From IMG/VR virus record IMGVR_UViG_2061766007_000959: a stretch of DNA of 64,000 bases. The stretch is one strand, 5' to 3'. Position numbers and translations under genes: made by a program. Below the pieces are notes generated by a model. That model saw only the letters and a program-made list of their open reading frames with translations. It searched no databases and had not been told where the DNA came from. Source of the DNA: a virus. Lineage: Duplodnaviria; Caudoviricetes. Of the stretch, positions 27,861 to 37,416 are shown in pieces; position 1 is the stretch's first letter, and each line of letters begins with the position of its first letter.

Positions 27861-30128
27861 ATGAGTAAAGATTTTTTGGCAGGTTTAGTTAAAGTCCGCA
27901 ACGGTGAAAACCGAACAGAGAGTTCGGCACGCGGACTTGAAGTCGTGCGGCAGAAGAGAACAGTGCTTGACGACGCTATTACAAATAACAAAAAGACAGA
28001 GTTGCCGCGTGTAAGCGACAAGTCATATTACAAGCCCTCACGCATTTCGCGCATTTCACAGGTCGAGCGTCCTCAGAAGACGCAGTACATTGTGTTGGAC
28101 AGCAGGGCGATTGATGAAATAGCCGAAATGGGCAACGCTCAGAGACGCAAGTTCCTGTCGCGCCTGTCTGACGGTGAGCGTCGCAAGGTTCTGCGCGCGC
28201 TGAACGCCGTGAGGGTTCGTGACGACTTGGAGAACGGCGAGGTTGAGCGTCGGGATTTGAACCGTCAACTCGAACCTCAGGACTTGTATGTAATCAACGA
28301 CCTGTTGACAAAATACGCCTATTCGAGAAAGGACGACGAGTTGAGAATGCTTGAAAGCTACAAGGACATTCTGAACGACAGCGACCCTCAGGAGGCGGCT
28401 GTGTTGGACATTATCAACAAGGTTATCGACAACGAACTCGATATGACAGCCGACGAAGAGGAACTGAACATACTTTACGATTTCTTAGAGGACAACAAGT
28501 TCGAGACCGAATCTTTACAGACCGCGCTGACAATCGCTTTCGGTGACACTATTGACGAGAACGGCGACGGTGTCGTCGGTGACGAGCCTGAGGGTAACGA
28601 ACTCGGTGACGAGGAACTTGATATTGAGGGTGACGACTTGGGTGGTGACGACCTTGATATTGAGGGTGACGAACTCGGCGGCGAGCCTGAGGACGAGACA
28701 CCCGACCTGAACATAAACCTCGGTGATTCACGGAGACGCCAACCGAGACCGATGAAACGCGTCGCTGACAACAGAAACGGGTCAGAGCGTCCTGAAAGAC
28801 GTATCGAGCGCAAGCGTGTCGAGGACACCGCCGAGGAATCGTTCGAGGACGTCGAGGCTTTGATTATAGACGACGCCTACGACCTTGCCGACGATATGCT
28901 GAACGGTCGCGCTATGAACGTGAGCGATTCTATGAACGAAATAGTAGAGCGTTACACGAAACGTTGCGGCGAGCGTGTCCGCGTGAAAGACTGCATGGAC
29001 AGGGCGTTCGCCCACTCAGTGCAGGAAATATCGCTTGAAAAGTCGGCGCACGTACAGAAAGTGAAGGACGATATTATAGACCAAATAGACGAGCAGTTGG
29101 GTGACGAATCAGGCGAGAGCGGTGACGGCAAGACATTGCTCGAAAGTTTGGGTTCGGCGTTAGAGGCGTTCGCGAACGGTGACACGAGCGAGTTGCAGGC
29201 GTTGGCTGACCTGTCCGTTGACGACATAAACCCTGAAGAGGAATCAATAGACGAGGACTTTGAGGGTAACGAACTCGGTGACGAGGAACTTGATATTGAG
29301 GGTGACGGTTTGGAAACGGACATCGAGACAGAGAGCGGCAAGGGTGACGAACTCGGTGACGAGGACGACGAGGAATCTGAGGACGAGGACGAGGATGAAG
29401 ACGACGAGGACAAAAAGGTTGACAAGATAAAACTGAACCTGCACGATTCAGCCGTTATGTTGGCAAAATGGTTGGTCGCAAAGGACAAACGCGCCAACAA
29501 GATTATCGACGCCCTGAAAGACGAGTTGCCGATACTGAAAAAGTACAATTTCAAAATATCCGATTCAGAGTTGATTGAAGAGGAATTTGAACCTGTCGAG
29601 GTTATCGAGCCTTTGCTGAACCGCGAGGAATTTCACTCAGTGTATCAGACACCGCCGTACGTCGGCGAAATGGCTAAGGAATCGAACCCCGTAGAGTGTC
29701 TGTCCGCGACAGCCGTGAACTACGGCGACCTGTCGCCTGTCATTCAGGTTGAGTGCGAGAACGGAACGGTTCAGAATTGGATTCCGATTATGGGTTCGAG
29801 CGAGAATATCGCGGAACAGTTGAACGTTGAGGGCGCGAATGTTGAAAAGATTATTTCCGACAACTGTGTTCCTGCGGAGGACTACTATTCAGCGGCGGCT
29901 AAGACGAACAACTTGGGTATTATAGACAGTAAGTTCTACAAACGCAAGTTGAGTGACGAGTGTTGGGTCTGCGACGACGTTCCTGAGTTCATAAAGGACG
30001 AGGGTGTCGAGGGCGGCGCGATGTTCGCACAAGAGGGACTGACGACTATGCCGAAAGTCGTACCGTCAGGCTCGGTTCTTATTTACGGAACGAAATACAA
30101 CTATTACAATAAATCTAAAAAACAATAA
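27861..30128 (+). CDS. very acidic protein with repeated [VIL]-x-D motifs; putative prohead core/scaffold
   Basis: GDEELDIEG repeats, poly-acidic tracts, about 15 [KRN]-[VIL]-x-D sites. Confidence 0.55.
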   Translation: MSKDFLAGLVKVRNGENRTESSARGLEVVRQKRTVLDDAITNNKKTELPRVSDKSYYKPSRISRISQVERPQKTQYIVLDSRAIDEIAEMGNAQRRKFLSRLSDGERRKVLRALNAVRVRDDLENGEVERRDLNRQLEPQDLYVINDLLTKYAYSRKDDELRMLESYKDILNDSDPQEAAVLDIINKVIDNELDMTADEEELNILYDFLEDNKFETESLQTALTIAFGDTIDENGDGVVGDEPEGNELGDEELDIEGDDLGGDDLDIEGDELGGEPEDETPDLNINLGDSRRRQPRPMKRVADNRNGSERPERRIERKRVEDTAEESFEDVEALIIDDAYDLADDMLNGRAMNVSDSMNEIVERYTKRCGERVRVKDCMDRAFAHSVQEISLEKSAHVQKVKDDIIDQIDEQLGDESGESGDGKTLLESLGSALEAFANGDTSELQALADLSVDDINPEEESIDEDFEGNELGDEELDIEGDGLETDIETESGKGDELGDEDDEESEDEDEDEDDEDKKVDKIKLNLHDSAVMLAKWLVAKDKRANKIIDALKDELPILKKYNFKISDSELIEEEFEPVEVIEPLLNREEFHSVYQTPPYVGEMAKESNPVECLSATAVNYGDLSPVIQVECENGTVQNWIPIMGSSENIAEQLNVEGANVEKIISDNCVPAEDYYSAAAKTNNLGIIDSKFYKRKLSDECWVCDDVPEFIKDEGVEGGAMFAQEGLTTMPKVVPSGSVLIYGTKYNYYNKSKKQ

Positions 30129-30132
30129 GGAT

Positions 30133-30699
30133 ATGAAAACAGTTGAAATTTATTCGTTCGACGAATTGGACGAGGCAACACAGAAAAAAGTTATTCAAAG
30201 ATATTACGGTGACGTTTCTGAGGCTTTGGGTGATTTTATAAATGACGATTTTCTTGGCACGTCAAAGGCAATATGTGAACAGTTGGGACTAAAAACAATT
30301 CGCGGAAGTTACGCACAGTTTGAATTGAGTGACCCATCAGCGTATGAATATGTATATTTAAAAACGGACAACAGGGACGAAGACGGTTACGACATATATA
30401 ATGACGACAGTTACGAATCAGTTGTTGCGTGGTTGAATGACAAAAAACAGGGTTTCAAATACCAAGACGATTTGTATTTCACGGGTGCTTACAGTGACGG
30501 TGCGGTTTGCGATTATATCAACAAGGTTTTGAGCGGCGAAGAGCAACCTCAGGATATTGACGAGTTCCTTTCAAAACTAAGCCGTATCTTTGACCGTGCT
30601 TGGGAGGACGAGTTTACTTACGGTTTTGACGACGACACAATTGCTGAAACAATAATCGCTAACGATTGGGAATTTACAGCAGACGGCAAACGGGTTTAA
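30133..30699 (+). CDS. acidic conserved mobile-element protein
   Basis: YSFDELDE...ETIIANDWEFTADG termini typical of a phage/plasmid family. Confidence 0.65.
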   Translation: MKTVEIYSFDELDEATQKKVIQRYYGDVSEALGDFINDDFLGTSKAICEQLGLKTIRGSYAQFELSDPSAYEYVYLKTDNRDEDGYDIYNDDSYESVVAWLNDKKQGFKYQDDLYFTGAYSDGAVCDYINKVLSGEEQPQDIDEFLSKLSRIFDRAWEDEFTYGFDDDTIAETIIANDWEFTADGKRV

Positions 30700-30755
30700 T
30701 AAATAACGCCTTTTATGATTACAAAGGTTTACTAACAATTTAAAACAGTAAAGAT

Positions 30756-30890
30756 ATGAATAAGGAAAAGTTTTTAAAGGAACTGAAAAGAACCCGAAGT
30801 CAGGCGGAATCACTGATGTATTCTCTGCATTATCTGTTAGAGGAAACAGTCTATGACGCAAGAGACTATATTGAAAACTTAGAGTATTAA
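30756..30890 (+). CDS. 44-aa hypothetical protein (not in ORF track)
   Basis: MNKEKFLKELKR... after A-rich leader, before terminator. Confidence 0.45.
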   Translation: MNKEKFLKELKRTRSQAESLMYSLHYLLEETVYDARDYIENLEY

Positions 30891-30932
30891 AACGCCTTTT
30901 CAAATTCATAATAAATATTTTATTTGTGTGGT

Positions 30933-30967
30933 GGTGCGGATTCAGTAATGTTTCCGCACTTTTTTTA
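30933..30967 (+). terminator. intrinsic terminator
   Basis: GTGCGGA...TCCGCAC followed by T run. Confidence 0.75.
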
Positions 30968-31067
30968 TACATTTTTTTATAACAAAGTATTGTTATATTA
31001 AAATTATTTATATATTTGCAACGTCGGAACGATAGTGTTACCGACGGAACTTTAAACAATTATAACT

Positions 31068-31307
31068 ATGGCAAGACGAGTAGAAATAGTAAAAGCGGCT
31101 CATAAGTATTGTGACCCGACAAGTGAACCGCAACCAAGTGCTAATTTAGCATTTATAGTAGGTGCGGAATGGGCTGATGAACATCCTTCGTGGAAACCAA
31201 CAGACGAGCAGTTGAACGCATTGCGTCGTGTTTCTAATGGTTGGAGATATAGTCGGCAACTAAAGGAAGAGTTAGCCGCACTCTATGAACAACTTAAAAA
31301 TCTTTGA
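31068..31307 (+). CDS. hypothetical protein, GAxWADEH family
   Basis: Paralogous to 60445 and 60681. Confidence 0.7.
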   Translation: MARRVEIVKAAHKYCDPTSEPQPSANLAFIVGAEWADEHPSWKPTDEQLNALRRVSNGWRYSRQLKEELAALYEQLKNL

Positions 31308-31310
31308 GTT

Positions 31311-31523
31311 ATGCAATTACAAGTTGGAGATATATTTCAGCAGGCGTGGCGTGGCTGTCAAAGACCGATGTGGTTCAAAGTTCTTTTCATCTGCCGTGAA
31401 AAGAACACGGTTAAAGTTGAGTGCCACAGTATTGAGGGCTATGTCCACATTGAAGAATGGGATGACCTTGATTTAACCGAGTCCGCATTTGAAATTGGCG
31501 AATATAAAATGATTGAATTATGA
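31311..31523 (+). CDS. hypothetical protein
   Basis: Packed small ORF. Confidence 0.6.
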   Translation: MQLQVGDIFQQAWRGCQRPMWFKVLFICREKNTVKVECHSIEGYVHIEEWDDLDLTESAFEIGEYKMIEL

Positions 31524-31726
31524 AAACACATTTATTAAAAAGAATTATTGATAAAAATGAAATGTGGCTTGATTTATGGCAAAAACATTCATTTGACCTG
31601 CTACCGAAAATAACAATCAATATCATCAATAGAAAATTGAGCGAGTTATATATAGGTTGGTTATTTTGGGAGATAAGATATAATATGTCACAAGAAATTG
31701 GTAATACTTGTTTTAAAAGAAAATAA
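31520..31726 (+). CDS. hypothetical protein
   Basis: ATGA overlap. Confidence 0.55.
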   Translation: MKTHLLKRIIDKNEMWLDLWQKHSFDLLPKITINIINRKLSELYIGWLFWEIRYNMSQEIGNTCFKRK

Positions 31727-31729
31727 GTT

Positions 31730-32386
31730 ATGGAAACACACATAGTAAAGTATAAGTTTTTGCATTGCAACAAGCAAAAAAAAATTATAGAACAGATGTA
31801 TGGCAATGAATTTGACAACTTTGTATGTAATCGTGAAAAATATTTAGCGTTTTTGGACAAGGTTGTTGCTGACAATAGAGTAGAGGAATTAAATAATATT
31901 TTAGGAAATAATGATATGAATTGCAAGTATTACCACAATGGCTATCAAGGAGACAAGGTTGTTTCCGACAATAGAGTAGAAGAATTAAATAATATTTTAA
32001 AGTGTAACGAACATACAATTATGACAACAACAAAACTAAAAAACGGCATTCCCACATTGGAAATCGGGGTGTTGTACGAAACAACGACAAATGTTGATAC
32101 CGAAACCGTCAATTGGATTGGCGAACGGGTGTTCGAGAAAATGGAAAACAACGTGTATTTTGAGAATTTATCGAAATACAACGATGACATTTCACAATTT
32201 TACATTCCTGCTTTGAAACAGGATTACAATATCGCGTTGGCGCGGTTCAAACGCCATTATCCGACGGCGGAGTTTAAATCGTGTTTAATTTTGTTCCAAC
32301 GTGACGTTGACGGCGGCATATTGTCGAAACATATAATTTTCGCGACCGACGACGATTTTTACGATTATTTGGGAATCAAAAAATAA
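31730..32386 (+). CDS. hypothetical protein, probable mosaic fusion with internal duplication
   Basis: DKVVxDNRVEELNNIL twice; second plausible start at 32021. Confidence 0.55.
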   Translation: METHIVKYKFLHCNKQKKIIEQMYGNEFDNFVCNREKYLAFLDKVVADNRVEELNNILGNNDMNCKYYHNGYQGDKVVSDNRVEELNNILKCNEHTIMTTTKLKNGIPTLEIGVLYETTTNVDTETVNWIGERVFEKMENNVYFENLSKYNDDISQFYIPALKQDYNIALARFKRHYPTAEFKSCLILFQRDVDGGILSKHIIFATDDDFYDYLGIKK

Positions 32387-32583
32387 AACGGTTATGTGCA
32401 TACTGTCATTATTTCGGAAAATCGGAAACCGTTGAACAACCTTGAAAAGTGTAACGATTAAAACACAATAACGATGACAACGGGTTTGTTAAAAAAATAT
32501 CTTTTATGTAACAAGTATTGTATTATTAAAATTATTTATATATTTGCCACGTCAATAGTGACAGGATTTTAAAAAATGGTAAT

Positions 32584-32853
32584 ATGGAAACAAAATTTTC
32601 AATCGGACAAGAGGTTTGGTTTATGAGCAACAACAGACCAACGTGTATGCAAGTTTGCAAAATTGACATTAAAAGCGAACCGACAAAGTACAACCACAAC
32701 GAGGGCAAAAATTATGGCGATGTATTGGAGTGGGCAAAGCCAACAATTCATTATGACTTTTGGGATTGTGATTCGCCATATTTAAAAGAACTATGCGAGA
32801 GCGAAGTTTTTGCCACAAAAGAAGAATTGAGAAAAGCCGTTTTCGGTGAATAA
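32584..32853 (+). CDS. hypothetical protein
   Basis: TKFSIGQEVWF...VFATKEEL; after class A promoter. Confidence 0.7.
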   Translation: METKFSIGQEVWFMSNNRPTCMQVCKIDIKSEPTKYNHNEGKNYGDVLEWAKPTIHYDFWDCDSPYLKELCESEVFATKEELRKAVFGE

Positions 32854-32878
32854 CAAAAACATTTAAACAATTACTACT

Positions 32879-33097
32879 ATGACAAAGACAGAAGCAAAAC
32901 GATACGCGCTTGAAATGATTGGCAACAATGCTGAAATTATAATAGCAGAGTATGAGTATTTAAGTTATGACGATGGTAGCAGAATGTCTTACGAAGACCA
33001 AGACAAGGTTATTGCGGCATTGGACGAGATATGTGACAAATGTCTTAAACAGGCGGATAAGATAAAATACAAACTATTAAAGAAAATACAGAAATGA
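32879..33097 (+). CDS. hypothetical protein
   Basis: Packed small ORF. Confidence 0.65.
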   Translation: MTKTEAKRYALEMIGNNAEIIIAEYEYLSYDDGSRMSYEDQDKVIAALDEICDKCLKQADKIKYKLLKKIQK

Positions 33098-33498
33098 AAT
33101 TCAAAGTAGGTAACACGATTAGGAGTAAGATAACGGGTCGGGAATACACAATCGGCGAGGTTTCCGACGTGATGTATTGGTTTGTCGGTCACGGCGGCGT
33201 ACCTGTTGAAGACGCCGATTCGTCATACGAATTAGTCGAACAACCCAAATTTCACTTACCCGCGCTTGAACATGATTTCGGTTTGTCGGATTATAAGAAA
33301 ATGTGGGACGAACATGTCTTACGAGTGATAACCGAAATCACGAAGAAAAACACTGAAACGTTTGTCGGAATAATTGACAACATGTTGCGTTACATGGATT
33401 GTGACGGGGTTCGGGACGATGTTCGTTTGGGGTACAGACAGTTCGCGTACGAATTGAAAAAACAAGTGCAACAATATTACAACGGATTAAAACTATGA
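33094..33498 (+). CDS. hypothetical protein
   Basis: ATGA overlap; KFKVG start. Confidence 0.65.
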   Translation: MKFKVGNTIRSKITGREYTIGEVSDVMYWFVGHGGVPVEDADSSYELVEQPKFHLPALEHDFGLSDYKKMWDEHVLRVITEITKKNTETFVGIIDNMLRYMDCDGVRDDVRLGYRQFAYELKKQVQQYYNGLKL

Positions 33499-33884
33499 CA
33501 CAGGAAGAACAACAACGATTCGTGAATGACCTTTCGGCACGCGTGCCATACGGATTGCAGGTTCAGGTCAGTGGGGTGTTTTCCGAAACGGTTGAGGCAC
33601 GCCTGAAATATATTGATTACTACAACCGAGTGTATCTGTACGGATATAATTTTGGGGTTGAAATGATAAATCGGAAAACAAACGAATTACAAATCAAACC
33701 GTTTCTTCGCCCCATATCCAACGAGGAAAAAGAAGAGGTTTGTTCGGATTTCGCCCGTTTTGGAAACACCCTTGACAATTGGGTTCAGGCGGTTAATCTT
33801 TTGAATGAAACACATTGTGACTATAACGGTTGGATTGAGAAAGGTTTTGCGTTACCCGCACCCGATGAAATGTATAACGATTAA
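33495..33884 (+). CDS. hypothetical protein (paralogue of 34126)
   Basis: DLSARVPYG..IKPFLRP..ALPAPDEMYN. Confidence 0.75.
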   Translation: MTQEEQQRFVNDLSARVPYGLQVQVSGVFSETVEARLKYIDYYNRVYLYGYNFGVEMINRKTNELQIKPFLRPISNEEKEEVCSDFARFGNTLDNWVQAVNLLNETHCDYNGWIEKGFALPAPDEMYND

Positions 33885-33896
33885 ATAATTAAAACC

Positions 33897-34133
33897 ATGA
33901 AAGAATTTAAAATTGGCGGACTTGAAATTTTTACGTCAAAGACAATTTTTGAAAATAAAATTCATTTTATGATGTTGCCAAGTTTGGATTTCATAAAAGA
34001 ATCGATTAAAGTACGGTCTTTTGTTGATTATCCGAGCGAACATTACAAACACTATACATTAGTAAAGATAGTCGTATCTTGGTTATTTTTCTACGTAACG
34101 TTTTCGGTAAAATTTAATCAATACTATGAATAA
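33897..34133 (+). CDS. hypothetical protein
   Basis: Packed small ORF. Confidence 0.55.
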   Translation: MKEFKIGGLEIFTSKTIFENKIHFMMLPSLDFIKESIKVRSFVDYPSEHYKHYTLVKIVVSWLFFYVTFSVKFNQYYE

Positions 34134-34569
34134 ACAAGACATAGAATTATTAATGAAAGACCTTTGCGGTCGTTTGCCATATGGGGTGAAAGTACAGCCT
34201 TGCGGTTCGGCATTTCCACATAAATTTATAGGTTATGACAAGGGTTTGGTAAGAATAGATACCGACCAAAGATATGAGTTGGAAAATATCAAACCCTACC
34301 TCCGACCGATGTCAAGTATGACGGAGGAAGAAGCAATAGAGTTTGTCAGTTTGTATGGTGTAGAGGATTTTTTGAAAGTCAATGTAACACAAGAATGTTT
34401 TGAAATCATTATTGATGATGAATTGATACCTGTAATGAAATTGTTGTATGAAGATATTCATCTTCCTGTTGAGTGCTTTGATTTTCTTTTAAAAAATCAC
34501 TTTGATTTTCGCAACCTAATCCCTATGGGGTTAGCCTTGCCTGCACCTGACGGAATGTATAACTTTTAA
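34126..34569 (+). CDS. hypothetical protein (paralogue of 33495)
   Basis: DLCGRLPYG..IKPYLRP..ALPAPDGMYN. Confidence 0.75.
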   Translation: MNKQDIELLMKDLCGRLPYGVKVQPCGSAFPHKFIGYDKGLVRIDTDQRYELENIKPYLRPMSSMTEEEAIEFVSLYGVEDFLKVNVTQECFEIIIDDELIPVMKLLYEDIHLPVECFDFLLKNHFDFRNLIPMGLALPAPDGMYNF

Positions 34570-34581
34570 ATAATCAAAACT

Positions 34582-34941
34582 ATGACACAAATAGCAACAA
34601 CAGTAGAACAGAGCAAGAAACTCATTGAGTTAGGTATTGATGTGAATACTGCGGATATGATGTGGACTTACGATTTTACAATAGGTCGTATTAACGGACT
34701 TAATGTAATTTCAACGCAACTTAAACCAGAAGAAAACGATATTCCTGCTTGGAGTTTGTCAGCGTTGCTTGATATTCTTCCTTTCCCGCAGTTATCCAAA
34801 GATAAACTTGGTGGTGGTAAGGTAAGATGGATGGCAAGTGTATATCCAGATAATTGCAGACATGATTCTTGTTGGCATGATAACCCTATTGATGTTGCCT
34901 TTGAAATGGTGTGTTATTTACTTGAAAATAAACTGATTTAA
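34582..34941 (+). CDS. hypothetical protein typical of Bacteroidales phages
   Basis: TTVEQSKKL..TADM..PAWSLSALL. Confidence 0.7.
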   Translation: MTQIATTVEQSKKLIELGIDVNTADMMWTYDFTIGRINGLNVISTQLKPEENDIPAWSLSALLDILPFPQLSKDKLGGGKVRWMASVYPDNCRHDSCWHDNPIDVAFEMVCYLLENKLI

Positions 34942-34958
34942 TAATTAAAACTGTAAAA

Positions 34959-35183
34959 ATGAAAAATATAACAAAGGAATCTATTGAACAAGATTTGAAG
35001 GTTATACAGGATATGGTTTTCAAATATAAAGAAGCCATTTACGAGAGTCAAGAAGGACAACTTGCGCATTTTGATAATCAGTCTAAATTGTGCAGATTAT
35101 GTATGGGTGACATTTGTTGTGGATTGATTATTGCAAGGGATGCGCTTAACTATTTAAGTGGAATAGAAATAATAGAAGATTAA
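34959..35183 (+). CDS. hypothetical protein
   Basis: Packed small ORF. Confidence 0.6.
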   Translation: MKNITKESIEQDLKVIQDMVFKYKEAIYESQEGQLAHFDNQSKLCRLCMGDICCGLIIARDALNYLSGIEIIED

Positions 35184-35185
35184 TC

Positions 35186-35467
35186 ATGAAACATTTAATA
35201 GACAAATCCGCTTTAGTTGCGGAGATAAAGAAACTGAACCCACCATTTTATCCCACTTTGGCGGAAAAATATGCCTATCAAGATGCTATTGAAGATTGCG
35301 TTGGCGTTGTTTGTGATGTTGAAGTGAAAGATGTGGATATAAACAAGGAAATATCTCAGTTTATAGACACTAATTTTGAAAAAGCAACAATAGGTCACAA
35401 ATTAAGTTTAAGACGTGTAGCAAATCATTTCTTTGAACTTGGACTTAAGGCACAGAAAGGAGAATAG
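35186..35467 (+). CDS. hypothetical protein (paralogue of 56256)
   Basis: IDKSALVAEI...EVK; ends KGE. Confidence 0.7.
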   Translation: MKHLIDKSALVAEIKKLNPPFYPTLAEKYAYQDAIEDCVGVVCDVEVKDVDINKEISQFIDTNFEKATIGHKLSLRRVANHFFELGLKAQKGE

Positions 35468-35472
35468 AACTT

Positions 35473-35889
35473 ATGAAGGATGATTGTTTATCGTTTGAAG
35501 TAGCCGATTTGTCAAACGACAAGTCGTTTGACGAATGGTGTCACGCCGCGTGGTTTTACAACCCGAAACAGGTCGGGTCGGAATCATTCGTTGAAACCGA
35601 TAATAAGGTTTGTAACATCGGGTTGAAAAAAGGAAACGAACCGTTCACGCGTTGGGCGGTGTCCGCGCCGACATACCAACAGGTGTTCAGGTGGTTGCGG
35701 GAAAAACACAACATATTTATTTCGGTTGGTTGTGACATATGCGATTCGTTTGATTTTTATTCTATGATTTATGTCAAAGGCGAAGAATCATGGAAAACCG
35801 TTGTGGATTTTGAAGATGAAGGTAGTGAATCTTTTGAACGGGCGGCGGAAAAATCGATTAAATATTGTTTAACCGTATTGATTGTGTAA
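35473..35889 (+). CDS. hypothetical protein
   Basis: SAPTYQQVFRWLREKHNI motif. Confidence 0.7.
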   Translation: MKDDCLSFEVADLSNDKSFDEWCHAAWFYNPKQVGSESFVETDNKVCNIGLKKGNEPFTRWAVSAPTYQQVFRWLREKHNIFISVGCDICDSFDFYSMIYVKGEESWKTVVDFEDEGSESFERAAEKSIKYCLTVLIV

Positions 35890-35920
35890 TCAAAATATTG
35901 AATCATTAATAGTTGAAATT

Positions 35921-36664
35921 ATGGCAGGAATTGACAAAACATATTTGAAAAATTGGGAACAATTCGACGCGGCTCGCAATTGGGCGAAAGAAACGCGTAT
36001 TCCGTTGAAAAACGGAAAGACTGTGTGTATGTCCGATTTTATGTATTATCCCGACCTGACGAAACAGGAATGGGATGAAATGCACGACGAACGTATTAAA
36101 TACGCGAACGAACATTACAACACCCCCGAACACATCGCCGAAATGCGGAAATGGGAGGGTGACGATTGGACGTTCAACGCGGAAAACTATTTCGATGTTG
36201 TGTTGTGGAACACACCGACATACGCCGACGTGTTTCTGATTCGCAACTGTCCGTTCGATTTCATACACGAACGTCTTAAAGAACAATACGGTGAAGAAGA
36301 ATACGAACAAATCAAGAACGGAACATCCGTGTATGACACATACCAACGTAACGGGTTGGGCAAAAACGCACGGGTGAAATTCAGCAAACACGCGTTTTCG
36401 TACCTGCCCCGTAACAAAAAATGTTGGTGGTGGATTGATATTATTGATTGGGGTTGGTGGTACAACGAGGATGACGATATGTGGTACAATCATTATGAGT
36501 TGATGCCGATGACCTGCAATGTAAATGACAAAATCCACGGTGCGCTCACAAAGAAAAACATCGTGAATATGATTCGCCGATGGAATTTACCGAAAGGAAT
36601 CAAGGTTCGGTTTACGTGTCGATTCAATCACGCATATTGGGAATTTACGGCGACGGTGAAATGA
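35921..36664 (+). CDS. hypothetical protein
   Basis: Long Trp-rich ORF; ATG 35921. Confidence 0.7.
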   Translation: MAGIDKTYLKNWEQFDAARNWAKETRIPLKNGKTVCMSDFMYYPDLTKQEWDEMHDERIKYANEHYNTPEHIAEMRKWEGDDWTFNAENYFDVVLWNTPTYADVFLIRNCPFDFIHERLKEQYGEEEYEQIKNGTSVYDTYQRNGLGKNARVKFSKHAFSYLPRNKKCWWWIDIIDWGWWYNEDDDMWYNHYELMPMTCNVNDKIHGALTKKNIVNMIRRWNLPKGIKVRFTCRFNHAYWEFTATVK

Positions 36665-36691
36665 TTTGTATAACAATTAAAAACAAAAATC

Positions 36692-37006
36692 ATGAATGCA
36701 AGTGAAATTTTTTGTATGGTAACCATATTGGTGTTTTTGTTATTGATTCTAATAGCCGCATTCACCAAAGAAAAAATACATTTCAATGCGAACACCAACA
36801 AAATCAAAGATGTCAAATTTGTGGTTGTAAAGATAGAACAATGTTATTCAAACGACCCAAGTGAAATACTTATCGCGAAATACACGATAGAAAACACGTT
36901 TTTCAGTAGAAACAACAGCGAGGGTTTCAAACACCAAACGTTCTGTTTTTATGACAAACGGAACAAATATAAAATTGGGGACGTACTGACATTATGTAAT
37001 GAATAA
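36692..37006 (+). CDS. membrane-anchored hypothetical protein
   Basis: N-terminal TM helix. Confidence 0.65.
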   Translation: MNASEIFCMVTILVFLLLILIAAFTKEKIHFNANTNKIKDVKFVVVKIEQCYSNDPSEILIAKYTIENTFFSRNNSEGFKHQTFCFYDKRNKYKIGDVLTLCNE

Positions 37007-37041
37007 TTTATTACATTCGCACCCGATAACAACAACACGAA

Positions 37042-37416
37042 ATGGATTTACACTCGTTCAAAGATTACGTCAACGGCACGTTGAACATCGATACGGAATA
37101 CAGAAGGATTTTCGGTCGGGACATCCCGTCGGGGAAATTCTTTTGCCCGTTCCACGTCAACACGAACACACCCGCCGCCAAAAGATATTTCAACGGAATC
37201 AAGTGTTTCAGTTGTAACCGTTTTTACACGGTTTACGATTTGTTGTACACATTCGACAGGAAACGATTGGATGACATAAAGGGTTCGATGGTGATAGAAC
37301 CGTTGAAACAGTCCACGTTACAACAACAGAAACGAATCAGAATCGTCGATTACGACCCGAACGGGCGGATGACCTATATATTAGACACGATATTAAAAGC
37401 GAACGAAATATGTTAG
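37042..37416 (+). CDS. stand-alone CHC2 zinc-finger (primase Zn-binding domain) protein
   Basis: CPFH...TP...CFSC; only 124 aa, no TOPRIM domain. Confidence 0.8.
   Translation: MDLHSFKDYVNGTLNIDTEYRRIFGRDIPSGKFFCPFHVNTNTPAAKRYFNGIKCFSCNRFYTVYDLLYTFDRKRLDDIKGSMVIEPLKQSTLQQQKRIRIVDYDPNGRMTYILDTILKANEIC

Noticed and set aside
27861-30128. Major capsid or portal protein
   Set aside because: Extremely acidic and low complexity, with no HK97-fold or portal features recognisable.
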